Origin: Rickettsiales bacterium
GTDB taxonomy: Bacteria; Pseudomonadota; Alphaproteobacteria; Rickettsiales; SXRF01
DNA length: 64,000 bases
Reading direction: 5' to 3'
Assembly (NCBI GenBank): GCA_964231325.1
Contig: CAXRIF010000003.1
Coordinates: 866,927-930,926, forward strand
The position numbers were made by a program, and so were the translations under genes. The notes beneath the pieces were generated by a model, which worked only from the letters and a program-made list of their open reading frames with translations, was not told the DNA's origin and did not search any database. Numbering within the stretch: position 1 is the first letter of the stretch; each line of letters begins with the position of its first letter. Shown in pieces: positions 47,943-58,921 of the stretch.

Positions 47943-48344
47943 TTATTTTTTGCTTGAGGCGGCTTTTTTAGGAGTATCTTTAGCTACTTCAATTTTTTCT
48001 TTAATGCGGGCAGCTTTACCAGTCAGGCCGCGCAGATAATAAAGTTTCGCGCGGCGCACATCGCCCTTACGAACAACTTCAACGCTTTCAACGCGTGGAG
48101 AGTAGAGAGGGAACACACGCTCAACACCTTCGCCATGGCTGATTTTGCGCACAGTAAACGCAGAGCGAAGCCCAGCACTTTTCTTGCCGATTACAACGCC
48201 TTCAAATGTTTGAATACGTTCGTTAGCGCCCTCAACAATGCGCACATTTACACGTACAGTGTCGCCTTGCGAAAACTCGTCAATGCGCTTGCCTTCGGCT
48301 AGCTTCTTCATGTTGTCTTGTTCAAGTTTTTGTAGCGTATTCAT
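47943..48344 (-). CDS. rplS: 50S ribosomal protein L19
   Basis: [33 protein letters not shown]. Confidence 0.98.
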   Translation of the reverse strand: MNTLQKLEQDNMKKLAEGKRIDEFSQGDTVRVNVRIVEGANERIQTFEGVVIGKKSAGLRSAFTVRKISHGEGVERVFPLYSPRVESVEVVRKGDVRRAKLYYLRGLTGKAARIKEKIEVAKDTPKKAASSKK

Positions 48345-48348
48345 TTTC

Positions 48349-49059
48349 TTATTCCTTTTTATCCATCAACATATCCGGGCGGCGCAATTTGGTGATTTTT
48401 TTTGCCTGTTTGAGCCGCCAGGCTTTTATTTCTTCGTGGTTTCCGCTCATCAGTACATCTGGTACTGATTTCCCCTCCCACAAGGGCGGCCTAGTATAGT
48501 GAGAATATTCAAGCAGTCCAGCATATTCTTGGTCTAAACCGAAACTTTCTTGCGCCGTAGCATCTTCCTTGCCGATAACGCCGGGAAGTAGGCGCACACA
48601 CGTATCCAGTATGGTCATAGCGGCCACTTCTCCACCGGAAAGCACAAAATCGCCCAGACTTATCTCCAGCATATCGTGATGGTCGATGACGCGTTGGTCA
48701 ACGCCTTCAAAACGGCCGCAAAGAATAATTAAATCCAGTGACTTAAGTTCATTCGCTAAAGGTTGGGTAAGGGGGGTGCCACGTGGTGAGGTATAAATGA
48801 CTTTGGCTTTAGGTAGTTTTTCCTTCGCGGCCTCAACGGCTGCATGTACGACATCCGGGCGCATGACCATACCGGTGCCGCCACCATAAGGGCTGTCGTC
48901 TACCGAGCGGTGTTTATCCGTAGAAAAGTCACGAATATTAAGGGTTTCGAGTGACCAAATGCCATTTTCAAGGGCTTTTCCAGCCAGTGAATGCCCAAGT
49001 GGGCCGGGAAACATATCAGGAAACAGGCTGAGCACGATAGCGGAAAGCTGTGGGTTCAT
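48349..49059 (-). CDS. trmD: tRNA (guanine37-N1)-methyltransferase
   Basis: [40 protein letters not shown]. Confidence 0.97.
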   Translation of the reverse strand: MNPQLSAIVLSLFPDMFPGPLGHSLAGKALENGIWSLETLNIRDFSTDKHRSVDDSPYGGGTGMVMRPDVVHAAVEAAKEKLPKAKVIYTSPRGTPLTQPLANELKSLDLIILCGRFEGVDQRVIDHHDMLEISLGDFVLSGGEVAAMTILDTCVRLLPGVIGKEDATAQESFGLDQEYAGLLEYSHYTRPPLWEGKSVPDVLMSGNHEEIKAWRLKQAKKITKLRRPDMLMDKKE

Positions 49060-49063
49060 TCGC

Positions 49064-49309
49064 TCAGTCCTCTTTAGCGATAATAAATTCAAATTGCTGA
49101 ACGATCATGGATTTTTTATCAGCACTCTGTGCCAAAAAATCGCCGGAGAGCGGTAGCATCTCGATTTTCTTATTGAGTTTGAGGATATCGCAGACTTCGC
49201 CCGCACCGAAATCGTATACGGCCGTAATTTCACCGTACTCCTTGCCATCGGCAAGGTGCACTTTCATTCCTACGTAAGGGCTGTTTTGTTTTTTGCTACC
49301 AGCGCGCAA
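49064..49309 (-). CDS. rimM: Truncated RimM (C-terminal PRC-barrel only)
   Basis: Lies between rpsP and trm[26 protein letters not shown]; only 81 aa. Confidence 0.75.
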   Translation of the reverse strand: MRAGSKKQNSPYVGMKVHLADGKEYGEITAVYDFGAGEVCDILKLNKKIEMLPLSGDFLAQSADKKSMIVQQFEFIIAKED

Positions 49310-49313
49310 TTAG

Positions 49314-49718
49314 TTATGCAGCGCTATCAGAAGCTGGTTCTTCTGTTTTAGCTTCCTCTTTAGGCGCTTCTTCGCTAGCTGCTTCAGCTGCAGGTGCTTC
49401 TGCTGGAGCTTCCTGTTCAGGTTGCTCTTTCTTCGGCTTGCGAGCAGGGCGATCAACCGGTTTGCTATCAACGATACCAGCTTGATTGAAAAAAATATGC
49501 ACGCGACGGCTCATTTGAGCGCCAACAGAAAGCCAATGCTTTGCGCGTTCAACATCGATAGTAACGCGTTTTTCGTTACCTGTTTCGAGCATCGGGTTAT
49601 AGGTGCCGATTTTCTCGATGAATTTGCTGTCACGTGGGCTGCGCGAATCTGTTACCAAAATACGGTAATATGGGCGTTTTTTAGTGCCGCTGCGCGATAA
49701 TCTAATGGTCGTTGGCAT
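49314..49718 (-). CDS. rpsP: 30S ribosomal protein S16
   Basis: [39 protein letters not shown]. Confidence 0.98.
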   Translation of the reverse strand: MPTTIRLSRSGTKKRPYYRILVTDSRSPRDSKFIEKIGTYNPMLETGNEKRVTIDVERAKHWLSVGAQMSRRVHIFFNQAGIVDSKPVDRPARKPKKEQPEQEAPAEAPAAEAASEEAPKEEAKTEEPASDSAA

Positions 49719-49790
49719 AGTTTCCTGCAATACGTTATATGTTTAAGGCCGCGCTTTCTACCAGCATTTAGGCTGTAGGTAAAGCATAAA

Positions 49791-50594
49791 ATGTCCCTAA
49801 ATACGGAAAAAAGTAGCTCAGACGGTGATCTGTCACATTGCTTGCAAATAATTAACCTATTTCATGCTATTATAGTACTGAGGAATATGATTATTATGCG
49901 TGCTTATGCAATGGACACACTCAATAAAATAGGACATCTAAGACAGATGAAATTGCCTAAGCCGGATTTTACCTTTGATATCAGGGCGTTTTACCGAAAA
50001 ATAGTCCATACGCTGACCATTTGGGTGTATCGACCTAAATATATAGGGTTTGAAAATATTCCTGAATCGGGGCCGGCTATCCTGATCTGCAATCACGTAT
50101 CTTACATGGATGGGCCGGTGATTGATGCGGGGTGCAAACGCCCGGCACGATATCTCATTGACGAAGACATCTATAATGCGCCTGGGGTGAATTATTTGAT
50201 GAAGCTTGATCGAGCTATTCCCATTGCGCCGAATCGTAAAAGTGTGGAGAAGGCATTTGATGAAATCTCCGATGCGCTAAGAAACGGTGAGATGGTGTGT
50301 ATTTTTCCCGAAGGCTTTCTAACCTTTACTGGAGGGCTTGGGCGTTTTCGTCCGGGAATCGAGTGGATCATTAAGCGTGACCCTGTACCGATCATTCCGA
50401 TGACCATTTCCGGTCTATGGGGCAGTGTGTTCAGCCGTAAATATTTGAAATCACCATTGCGCTGGTTTCCGCGTCATTGGGATTTGAATGTAGTAGTGAA
50501 ATGTGGTGAGCCGATTGATCCTACCAAAGAGAGGGTGACGGTAAACTATCTGCAAAAAGTAATCTTAAAACTGAAATATTCGATCAACGATTAA
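49791..50594 (+). CDS. 1-acyl-sn-glycerol-3-phosphate acyltransferase family protein
   Basis: CNHVSYMD, IFPEG, GLWGSVFSR; true start probably downstream (49887-49911). Confidence 0.85.
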   Translation: MSLNTEKSSSDGDLSHCLQIINLFHAIIVLRNMIIMRAYAMDTLNKIGHLRQMKLPKPDFTFDIRAFYRKIVHTLTIWVYRPKYIGFENIPESGPAILICNHVSYMDGPVIDAGCKRPARYLIDEDIYNAPGVNYLMKLDRAIPIAPNRKSVEKAFDEISDALRNGEMVCIFPEGFLTFTGGLGRFRPGIEWIIKRDPVPIIPMTISGLWGSVFSRKYLKSPLRWFPRHWDLNVVVKCGEPIDPTKERVTVNYLQKVILKLKYSIND

Positions 50595-51943
50595 CGCAGG
50601 CCGTTAAATAGTTGGTTTAGCCCGCCGCGCGCCATTCCTTTTTTGCCCATCTTTTTCATTTTTTTCATCATGCCTTCCATTTGCTGGCGTTGTTTTAGGA
50701 TACGGTTCACATCCTGAACCTCTACCCCGGAGCCAGCAGCAATACGTTTGCGGCGTGAGGCGTTGATGAGTTTTGGGTGTATGCGTTCATTCTTGGTCAT
50801 AGATAGAATAATGGCCTCTTGCCTTGCCATCATTCCTTCATCAATTTTTCCTTCAAGCTGCTCTTTCATTTTTCCCATACCGGGGATCATGCCCATCATG
50901 CTACCAATCCCACCCATTTTTTTCATCTTGCGCATCTGATCAAGCAGGTCATTAAAGTCAAAATTCCCCTCCATCATTTTAGCGGCCATTTTTTCCGCTT
51001 CTTCCTGATCAATATTTTCAGACGCTTTTTCTACCAGCGATACGATGTCACCCATATCAAGAATACGTGAGGCGATGCGGTCAGGGTGGAATTCTTCAAA
51101 CTCGTCAATTTTTTCACCCACACCCATGAATTTAATGGGTTGGCCTGTCACGGCACGCATGGATAGCGCTGCACCACCGCGCCCATCACCATCTACACGG
51201 GTGAGAATAATACCGCTTACGCCAATTTGTTCGTTGAAGTTCTTGGCGATATTGACGGCATCCTGGCCGGTAAGAGAGTCGGCGACGAGCAGTGTCTCAA
51301 TAGGGTTGGATATTTTTTTGACGGCTTTCAGCTCGTCCATCAGCTCTTCATCAATGTGCAACCGACCTGCCGTATCAAGTAGCAATACGTCGTAACCTTC
51401 CAGTTTTGCCATTTTCAGCGCGCGCTCGGTAATAGCGGCAGGCTTTTCACCTTCAACGATTGGCAGGGAGGCTATTTCTGCTTTGGTGGCCACTTGTTCA
51501 AGCTGTTGTTGCGCCGCGGGGCGGTAAACGTCAAGCGAGGCAACCAGTACTTTTTTGCCCTGTTTGTTTTTCAGGCGCAGGGCGAGTTTGCCGGTTGAGG
51601 TGGTTTTACCTGAGCCTTGCAAGCCCACCATCATAATAACAGCGGGTGGGGTAGTGCTCAGGTTTAATTCTTGATGTTCGCTGCCTAGCAGTTCGGCCAA
51701 ATGGTCGTTTACCAGTTTGATGACCATCTGTGCCGGGTTCACGTTCTGAATAACTTCTGTGCCAAGTGCTTTTTCTTTTAGTGAGGCGATGAACTCCTTA
51801 ACGACGGGCAGAGCAACGTCCGCTTCAAGCAATGCGATACGTACCTCACGCATTGCGCCATCAATATCAGCTGCGCTAAGCACACCGCGACCGCGCAGTT
51901 TACTAAAGGCGTTGTTTAGTTTATCAGAAAGATTAGCAAACAT
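50591..51943 (-). CDS. ffh: Signal recognition particle protein
   Basis: ALLEADV, GLQGSGKTT, DTAGR, DGDGRGGAALS, RILDMGD, M-domain. Confidence 0.98.
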   Translation of the reverse strand: MFANLSDKLNNAFSKLRGRGVLSAADIDGAMREVRIALLEADVALPVVKEFIASLKEKALGTEVIQNVNPAQMVIKLVNDHLAELLGSEHQELNLSTTPPAVIMMVGLQGSGKTTSTGKLALRLKNKQGKKVLVASLDVYRPAAQQQLEQVATKAEIASLPIVEGEKPAAITERALKMAKLEGYDVLLLDTAGRLHIDEELMDELKAVKKISNPIETLLVADSLTGQDAVNIAKNFNEQIGVSGIILTRVDGDGRGGAALSMRAVTGQPIKFMGVGEKIDEFEEFHPDRIASRILDMGDIVSLVEKASENIDQEEAEKMAAKMMEGNFDFNDLLDQMRKMKKMGGIGSMMGMIPGMGKMKEQLEGKIDEGMMARQEAIILSMTKNERIHPKLINASRRKRIAAGSGVEVQDVNRILKQRQQMEGMMKKMKKMGKKGMARGGLNQLFNGLR

Positions 51944-51949
51944 TACGTA

Positions 51950-52261
51950 TTATCCGGGTAGTTTGAGTGATTTAACAATGCGCCCATTTTCTACATGTTC
52001 TTTAATCACTAAATCAACATCTTCCTTAGTTTTGCAGCGATACCATATCCCTTCAGGATATACGACCACGCATGGCCCCAGTTCGCAGCGATCCAAGCAA
52101 CCGGCATTATTTACCCGTACTTTGCGAATACCGAGTTCTTTTACTCGTGCTTTCATATAATCTCTGAGTTCGTTCGCGTTTTTACTGGAACAGCAGCCGC
52201 GTTGATGACCTGCCTCGCGCTGGTTCGTGCAGCAGAAAATGTGATGATCAAAAATGGCCAT
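51950..52261 (-). CDS. Thioredoxin-like (2Fe-2S) ferredoxin
   Basis: HIFCCTN..GCC..GCLDRCELGPCVVVYPEGIWY. Confidence 0.92.
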   Translation of the reverse strand: MAIFDHHIFCCTNQREAGHQRGCCSSKNANELRDYMKARVKELGIRKVRVNNAGCLDRCELGPCVVVYPEGIWYRCKTKEDVDLVIKEHVENGRIVKSLKLPG

Positions 52262-52548
52262 TAGAAATTATAGAAGTAGGTATAAAGTGCGTTTTGAGCG
52301 AAGTTGAGCAACAGGATGAGCAGGATCGGAGAAATATCGATGCCCCCCATATCGGGTAGAAATTTGCGAATCGGGCGCAATACAGGATCTACCAGGCGAT
52401 CCAAGGCGTACATAATTTTTTGTACAATGGGTTGGTAGCCATTGATGATTTTAAAAGAAATCAGGGTGGCGGTCACTGCCCATACGATCACACAGATCAT
52501 GTACAGATGAATAATATTGGCAAGCAGGTCGACAAATGGGTTTAGCAT
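52261..52548 (-). CDS. YggT family membrane protein
   Basis: DPVLRPIRKFLPDMGGIDISP. Confidence 0.92.
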   Translation of the reverse strand: MLNPFVDLLANIIHLYMICVIVWAVTATLISFKIINGYQPIVQKIMYALDRLVDPVLRPIRKFLPDMGGIDISPILLILLLNFAQNALYTYFYNF

Positions 52549-52571
52549 AGGAATTCCGTGTTGTTAGTAAT

Positions 52572-53366
52572 TCAGGCGGCCACTTTTTTAGCTGTAGGCA
52601 TATATTTAGGATTAAACAGCATAGGTTTTTTATGATGGTTAGCATGGTAGTACAAACCAAACCAGAAGAGATTTGCAAATTTATAGTACCAGCCCTCATC
52701 TATATTTACTGCTTCTGACTTGCCCGTTTTGGAATCATATGGGTGTCCATAATAATTTAGGTGGGCAAAAACGAAATAACTCATGATGTAGGATGGAAGA
52801 TAAAAAAACAGCATACCTTCAGGCCCCAAAAGCAAATACCAAAGAGATAAATTGCAAATGAGTAGAGTTAAAAACAGTGTAAAAGATATTTTACGCCTCG
52901 TTCTGGTTTCTGGAGTGTCGCCCCAATGTTCATAGTATCGTTTTGAGATAACCTGCGATGGATGGGAGTACATACACTTCATGTATTCTGTAAAGGTTCG
53001 TTGTAAGGGGGTGTGAGGGTCTCTATCGGGGTGATCTACGTACTGATGATGATATACATGAATTAATTTCCAGCCGGTAAAACCCCATAGCTGGTGCATG
53101 CCAGAAAGATGCCCAAGCAATGGATTCAATATCTTAATGGGAAAGCTGTCGTGAGTGGCATTGTGAATAAAAACGACTGATAAGCCGCCAATATAAAAAG
53201 CTAAAGGAAGTAGCAGTAGTAGTTCGAGAGAAAAGCTAAATTGATAAAATTCATCAGGGCGGATTTGGTATAATGCAAAGCAGCAGGACGCACTAAAAAT
53301 TATAGCGCCACCTAATTTCTTAATATGAAAAAAGGGATCGGAATAAAACTGCTTTTGCGCTTGCAT
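52572..53366 (-). CDS. Membrane fatty acid desaturase family protein
   Basis: His boxes HNATH, HVYHH, HANHH; DPH; transmembrane helices. Confidence 0.88.
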   Translation of the reverse strand: MQAQKQFYSDPFFHIKKLGGAIIFSASCCFALYQIRPDEFYQFSFSLELLLLLPLAFYIGGLSVVFIHNATHDSFPIKILNPLLGHLSGMHQLWGFTGWKLIHVYHHQYVDHPDRDPHTPLQRTFTEYMKCMYSHPSQVISKRYYEHWGDTPETRTRRKISFTLFLTLLICNLSLWYLLLGPEGMLFFYLPSYIMSYFVFAHLNYYGHPYDSKTGKSEAVNIDEGWYYKFANLFWFGLYYHANHHKKPMLFNPKYMPTAKKVAA

Positions 53367-53470
53367 CGTTATGCGTATCCTTGCTTTCTGGTTGCATATA
53401 CAACAATCTGCTTTATACAGCTTTTATCTGTGAATCTCAACCTATCCATTCTGTATAAATAAAATGGGGC

Positions 53471-54517
53471 GTGAAAATGGTATTGGAACATGTAGAAACC
53501 TATGAATTACCAGATGAGCCCAATGAAGGGGTGGTATATTTCATGCCCCCAAATCAGCCGGATAGTGAGTATTATGAACAGCGCACTGATCGAAATATTG
53601 GCTGGCTCAGTAATAAAGAGCAGGAGATATTAAAGAATACCACCATTGGAATTGCTGGTCTTGGTGGAATGGGAGGGGCGGTTGCCCCTGCATTAATGCG
53701 TATGGGTATTGGTGCGCTAAAAATTGCAGATATTGAAGAGTTTGATGCATCGAACATTAATAGGCAGTTTGGGGCAACCCGCTCTACGATTGGCAAGTCT
53801 AAAGCTATAGAAAGTGCAAGAGCGTTGCGGGCAATTACTGATGATGTAGCAATTACAGTTTATCCGCACGGTATCCAGAAAGACAATGTCGATGACTTTG
53901 TGGATGGTTGTGATTTGGTGTTGGATATGGTTGAGTTTTGGGCAGTATCCCCAAGAATCATGCTGCATAAGGCTGCGCGGTCAAAAAATATTACAGTGAT
54001 GAGTGCAAATCCCGTAGGGATGGGCGCACGGCTTTTTATTTTTGATGAGCATACCTGTGACATAGAGAGCTTTATGGGGATGACTGAAGAAAAGGCAGAT
54101 GAGTTTGAGCAAAAAACTAAGGCGGGCACCATAACAAAGAAAGAGCAGCTTTTAGTGTTAGCGTCTGTAATGACAAATTTTGTGCCAGAACTTCCATTTT
54201 ATGCGCCGGAAACTGAGATCGCGAGTAGTCACAACGCATTGCGTAAGCGAATGCTAGAAGATAGTAAGCCCTCAGTATTAGGGGGTAATATAATGATGGC
54301 GGGGGGCTTCCTGGCCAATCATGTCGCTTTGTATTTACTTCAGGGCTCTGATGTGAAGCGTAGTAAGTTGCCTCGATATCCACGGGCTCCGGGTTATCTC
54401 TATTTAGATACTGCGTTTATGCGTTCTAAACTATGTCATGATGGTTTTGTCGTTAGGGCTAAGCGTTGGCTTTATAACGCTATGGTTAAGCGACTGGCTG
54501 CGCGCATGGATGAATAA
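53471..54517 (+). CDS. ThiF-family adenylyltransferase
   Basis: RNIGWLSNKEQEILK, IAGLGGMGG, DIEEFDASNINRQ, GKSK. Confidence 0.88.
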   Translation: MKMVLEHVETYELPDEPNEGVVYFMPPNQPDSEYYEQRTDRNIGWLSNKEQEILKNTTIGIAGLGGMGGAVAPALMRMGIGALKIADIEEFDASNINRQFGATRSTIGKSKAIESARALRAITDDVAITVYPHGIQKDNVDDFVDGCDLVLDMVEFWAVSPRIMLHKAARSKNITVMSANPVGMGARLFIFDEHTCDIESFMGMTEEKADEFEQKTKAGTITKKEQLLVLASVMTNFVPELPFYAPETEIASSHNALRKRMLEDSKPSVLGGNIMMAGGFLANHVALYLLQGSDVKRSKLPRYPRAPGYLYLDTAFMRSKLCHDGFVVRAKRWLYNAMVKRLAARMDE

Positions 54518-54684
54518 CAAAAGGTTAATTTGTTGGTGCATATAAGCAACGTTAGACTAGATAAAGGCTGATATCAGTCCTAAGGGGCTGGGTGTAAGGT
54601 ATTTTAGTAAAATTTTATAATCTTTTATTAACCACTGCTTGTTAGAAACAAGGCATAGACCCAACCTGAGGGAAGTATTGTCTT

Positions 54685-56706
54685 ATGTTTCGTTCTGCAG
54701 CACTAACAACTACTACCATACTATCTTCTATTGCCTTAGTCTTGTCTGGCCCTGTTCAGGCGGCAGATGACGTAGATGCCGGAGATCTCTTAAACTTATC
54801 GCTAGAGCAGTTATCTAATATATCTGTAACGTCTGTTTCAAAGCGTTCGGAAAAGGCTAGTGAGGCTGCGGCTGCGATTTATGTCATTACGCAAGATGAT
54901 ATTCGTCGAAGCGGTATGACTTCAATACCTGAATTGCTTCGTATGGTTCCCGGTTTGAGTGTCGCGCAAGCAGGGGCACATCAGTGGGCCATTACGGCTC
55001 GCGGTTTCAGCGGACACTTTTCAAATAAATTGCTTGTGTTGATTGATGGTCGTTCGGTTTATACACCATTATATTCCGGTGTGTACTGGGATGCGCAGGA
55101 TACGATGCTTGAGGATATTGAGCGTATTGAGGTGATTCGTGGGCCTGGTGCTACCTTGTGGGGAGCCAACGCAGTAAATGGTGTTATCAACATTATTACG
55201 AAAAGGGCGGAGGACACTCAAGGCACGCTAGTTGCGGCTACTGTTGGTAATATAGAAAATGGGCTAGTTCGTGCGCGCCATGGTATGAAGATCGGTGAAG
55301 ATGATTATCTGCGTGCTTATGCAAAATATGATGATCGGGATGATACGCAAACCACAACAGACAGAGTTGGTGGAGATGCGTGGAATAAACTACAGGCTGG
55401 TTTTAGAGCCGATATGAAGGGTGCAGAAAGGCACAAGTTAACTCTTCAGGGCGATGTTTATCGTTCAGGTTTGAGTGGTGAGCTGTCTGTTCCTAGTCTT
55501 GCGGCGCCGCCTACAATAACTTACAAAGACAGAGAGTTTGTCCAGGGGGCTAATATTATGGCTCGCTGGGATTATAATTATGCCGAGAACAATGATGTCA
55601 GCGCGCAGTTTTATGTAGACAATACTCAACGAGATAATCTTATCTTTGATGATAGTCGAACTACATTTGATGTTGAGCTTCAGCATTCGCTGGTCCCTCA
55701 TGAGCGCCATGAGCTGGTTTATGGTGCGGGTTACCGTTTGGTTACGGATGAGATTAATGGATCAACAGTGTTCTCGCTTTCAAAGGATGACAGAAGTGAC
55801 AATCTCTTCAGTGCGTTTTTGCAGGACAAAATTGCAATTGTACCAGACAGCTTCTTTATAACTCTTGGATCAAAGTTTGAGCATAATGATTATACTGGTT
55901 TTGAGTATCAACCGAGTGGTCGTTTTACATGGTTAGTGGATGATTCGCAAACTTTGTGGGGGTCTGTTGCTCGTGCTGTACGAACTCCAAATCGTTTTTC
56001 GGATGATGGGGCGCTTGCAACCGTTGTAACCGATGTCGATCCAGGGCCAGGTGTAACATTAGGTTATCTTGGTACTATAGGTAATCCAAATCTAGATTCA
56101 GAAACATTGATGGCTTATGAGCTAGGGTATCGTATTGAGGTGGATGAGCGCCTATCGTTTGATTTTGCTGGTTTCTACAATGATTACGATAACATAGTCT
56201 TGGGTCAGCTTGGCTCCACAGTGACTACAGTTAATTTTCCTGGTTTAGGTGCGGTGCCATATATCGCGGTTACACCGCAGAACTTTAATGAGGCAAAATC
56301 ATATGGTTTTGAGGCCTCTTCTAAATGGCAGGTGTTCTCTAATTTTGATTTAAGTGCTGCGTATAGTTTTCTTATCTTAAAGCTGGATCAGGGAGATCCG
56401 TTTGGTTTTGAATATACAGGGAAAACCCCTAATCACCAATTTAATGTACGTACCAACTGGTTTATAACGGATAATATAGAGTGGAATAACGCCGTATATT
56501 ACGTCGATTCGCTTAAGAATCCGAATATTGCCAGCTACGCGCGCTATGATACTCGGATTTCTTGGAAGCTATCAGATTCATTAGAGCTTTCCCTTGTGGG
56601 GCAGAACTTGCTTGATCCAAATCATCCTGAATTTGTTGGCTACGTTTATCAAAATAGCGTAGAAGTCCCACGTAGCGTTTATGGTAATATCACGTGGAAG
56701 TTTTAG
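54685..56706 (+). CDS. TonB-dependent receptor
   Basis: LSLEQL, plug domain ELLRMVPG, IERIEVIRGPGATLWGANAVNGVINIIT, C-terminal WKF. Confidence 0.95.
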   Translation: MFRSAALTTTTILSSIALVLSGPVQAADDVDAGDLLNLSLEQLSNISVTSVSKRSEKASEAAAAIYVITQDDIRRSGMTSIPELLRMVPGLSVAQAGAHQWAITARGFSGHFSNKLLVLIDGRSVYTPLYSGVYWDAQDTMLEDIERIEVIRGPGATLWGANAVNGVINIITKRAEDTQGTLVAATVGNIENGLVRARHGMKIGEDDYLRAYAKYDDRDDTQTTTDRVGGDAWNKLQAGFRADMKGAERHKLTLQGDVYRSGLSGELSVPSLAAPPTITYKDREFVQGANIMARWDYNYAENNDVSAQFYVDNTQRDNLIFDDSRTTFDVELQHSLVPHERHELVYGAGYRLVTDEINGSTVFSLSKDDRSDNLFSAFLQDKIAIVPDSFFITLGSKFEHNDYTGFEYQPSGRFTWLVDDSQTLWGSVARAVRTPNRFSDDGALATVVTDVDPGPGVTLGYLGTIGNPNLDSETLMAYELGYRIEVDERLSFDFAGFYNDYDNIVLGQLGSTVTTVNFPGLGAVPYIAVTPQNFNEAKSYGFEASSKWQVFSNFDLSAAYSFLILKLDQGDPFGFEYTGKTPNHQFNVRTNWFITDNIEWNNAVYYVDSLKNPNIASYARYDTRISWKLSDSLELSLVGQNLLDPNHPEFVGYVYQNSVEVPRSVYGNITWKF

Positions 56707-56709
56707 CGA

Positions 56710-57279
56710 GTGCGATTTAGGGCATTATTATATCAACATCTGCTGATTTGTATTGTCTGCGTTTTTGTTTCGTATAGCGCATATGCGGGTACAGATTACC
56801 AAGTGAAGGCAATGCAAACCATAAAGTTTATGGGGTATGTGGAATGGCCTGGTGCTAAGAAGAAAAGTGAGCAGAATCATCTAAATATCTGCGTGTATGG
56901 CGATACGGAATTTTCTAAACTTAAGAGCTTTATTGCAGGGATATCAAAGACGGCATTTCAGAAAAAAACCTGGCACTACACATTTTCTTTGAAAAAAATA
57001 CCTAATCTGGGAAGTGCGGCAGATACTTGTCATGCGTTGTTCCTTGGTGAATCTAGTGCTTCGACACAAAGAAATCTTGCTCTACTAAAGGGGCGACCAA
57101 TCTTAGTGCTTAGTGACACATCGAATTTTGCAGAACAGGGAGGGATGATAGGATTTGTTCTGCAAAAAACACCCGCTGGGGTAAAAGTAAAGTTTGAGAT
57201 CAATTTGCGCTCTCTTAAAGCTGCCAATATGGAAATCAGTGCTGATGTGCTCGATATTGCAAACAAGGTGGTACAGTAG
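56710..57279 (+). CDS. YfiR / DUF4154 family periplasmic protein
   Basis: YQVKA..KFMGYVEWP, ICVYG, CHALF, GGMIGF, FEINL. Confidence 0.88.
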   Translation: MRFRALLYQHLLICIVCVFVSYSAYAGTDYQVKAMQTIKFMGYVEWPGAKKKSEQNHLNICVYGDTEFSKLKSFIAGISKTAFQKKTWHYTFSLKKIPNLGSAADTCHALFLGESSASTQRNLALLKGRPILVLSDTSNFAEQGGMIGFVLQKTPAGVKVKFEINLRSLKAANMEISADVLDIANKVVQ

Positions 57280-57288
57280 GGGGATGAG

Positions 57289-58833
57289 ATGAGATTGTTT
57301 CAGAACATATCCATTCGTCAGAAGTTGACCTACATTATCATGGCGGTGAGCACAGTTTCTGTGTTGCTGACTACTTTGGCAATCTCAATTATCGGTGTGT
57401 ATAACCTTAGAAACAATATCATTAGTGAGCTCAATGTTTCCGCTTCTATCGTTGGTGATAGGAATACTTCCGCGCTAGAGTTCGACAATTATGATCAAGT
57501 TGAAAGCAATCTTTCCGTATTCAGTGTGAAGCAGCCAATTGTGCAGGCCTGTTTGTATGATAAAGCAGAGCTGTCGCTGGATAGCGCCAAGGATGTTTTG
57601 GTGGGGCAGTATTTTGCAATGGAATATGGGGCTCAGACGTGCCCTGAACCGCCAGAAAGTCAGCAGGTAGAGGTAACCAATTCCAGAATTAAAATTTCTA
57701 AGGCTGTGACCAATTTCGCTGGGGAAATTATAGGTTATATTTATATCGAATCTACGCTGGTACAAATTCACGACTATATCCAAAAGCAAACATTTATCGC
57801 TTTGCTGGTAGGTCTTATGGCGCTGGTTATTTCGTATCTACTGGCTATTGGCCTGCAAAATGCTATTTCTAGACCTATCCTACGTTTGGCGGATACGGCA
57901 AAGCAGGTGACTACGCTTAAAGATTACTCAATTCGTGCAGAACAGGCAGGGGACCCACACAAAGAATTTAATAACGAGCTTGTGCATCTAACGACTGCAT
58001 TCAACGAGATGTTAACTGAAATTGGCACGCGCGATCAGCAGTTAAAAAAGCAGAATATTGATCTCGAAAAAGCGAAAGACTTAGCGGAGAGTGCCAACCG
58101 TGCGAAGTCACAGTTCCTTGCCAACATTAGTCATGAGCTGCGCACCCCATTAAACGCGATTATTGGTTTCTCCTCAATTCTGATGAACCAGCTGTTTGGG
58201 CCATTGGGAGATAATAAATACCTTGAATATTCAAAAGATATCAATGAATCGGGAACGCACTTGCTCGACATTATTAACGATATCCTTGATTTATCTAAAG
58301 CTGAAGCTGGTAAGCTCGATATCAATTATGAAGAAGTGAATATTGGAAAATCGATCAACAAATGCCTTACTATTCTGGCAGAGCGTGCAGAGAAGGGGCG
58401 GGTTACTATTAGTGTTGATGCGCCGAAAACATTACCTGCATTGGTTGCAGATCGTTTGCGCTTTATCCAGATTCTACTCAACATCATGTCTAATGCAGTT
58501 AAGTTTACGGAGCCTGATGGCAAGGTGCATATTGCTGCCAAAACGCTTGAGGCCGATGGAGAGATTACGGATTTCGTCGTAACTATTCAGGATACGGGTA
58601 TTGGTATGTCTAAAGAGGATCTCGATAAGGCCTTCCAGAGCTTCGGACAGGTGGATAGCGGCTTGAACCGCAAATATGAAGGTACGGGTCTTGGCTTGCC
58701 GTTAACACGTAAACTAGTAGAGCTACATTACGGTAAAATTGAAATGGAAAGCGAAATGGGCAAAGGGACATTGGTTCGTGTGACTATTCCAGCCGTACCT
58801 CCGCCAGAAGCGGGGTATGTTCCACTTGATTGA
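57289..58833 (+). CDS. Membrane sensor histidine kinase (periplasmic sensor, HAMP, HisKA, HATPase)
   Basis: SIRQKL, HAMP, FLANISHELRTPLNAIIGF, NAVKFT, DTGIG, GTGLGL. Confidence 0.95.
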   Translation: MRLFQNISIRQKLTYIIMAVSTVSVLLTTLAISIIGVYNLRNNIISELNVSASIVGDRNTSALEFDNYDQVESNLSVFSVKQPIVQACLYDKAELSLDSAKDVLVGQYFAMEYGAQTCPEPPESQQVEVTNSRIKISKAVTNFAGEIIGYIYIESTLVQIHDYIQKQTFIALLVGLMALVISYLLAIGLQNAISRPILRLADTAKQVTTLKDYSIRAEQAGDPHKEFNNELVHLTTAFNEMLTEIGTRDQQLKKQNIDLEKAKDLAESANRAKSQFLANISHELRTPLNAIIGFSSILMNQLFGPLGDNKYLEYSKDINESGTHLLDIINDILDLSKAEAGKLDINYEEVNIGKSINKCLTILAERAEKGRVTISVDAPKTLPALVADRLRFIQILLNIMSNAVKFTEPDGKVHIAAKTLEADGEITDFVVTIQDTGIGMSKEDLDKAFQSFGQVDSGLNRKYEGTGLGLPLTRKLVELHYGKIEMESEMGKGTLVRVTIPAVPPPEAGYVPLD

Positions 58834-58921
58834 GGCTATTTATTAACCATATAAATTATAAATGGTTTTTTAACGATTGTTGGCCTAGAGTACAGATTAT
58901 ACACAATTTAATGAGGGTGCT

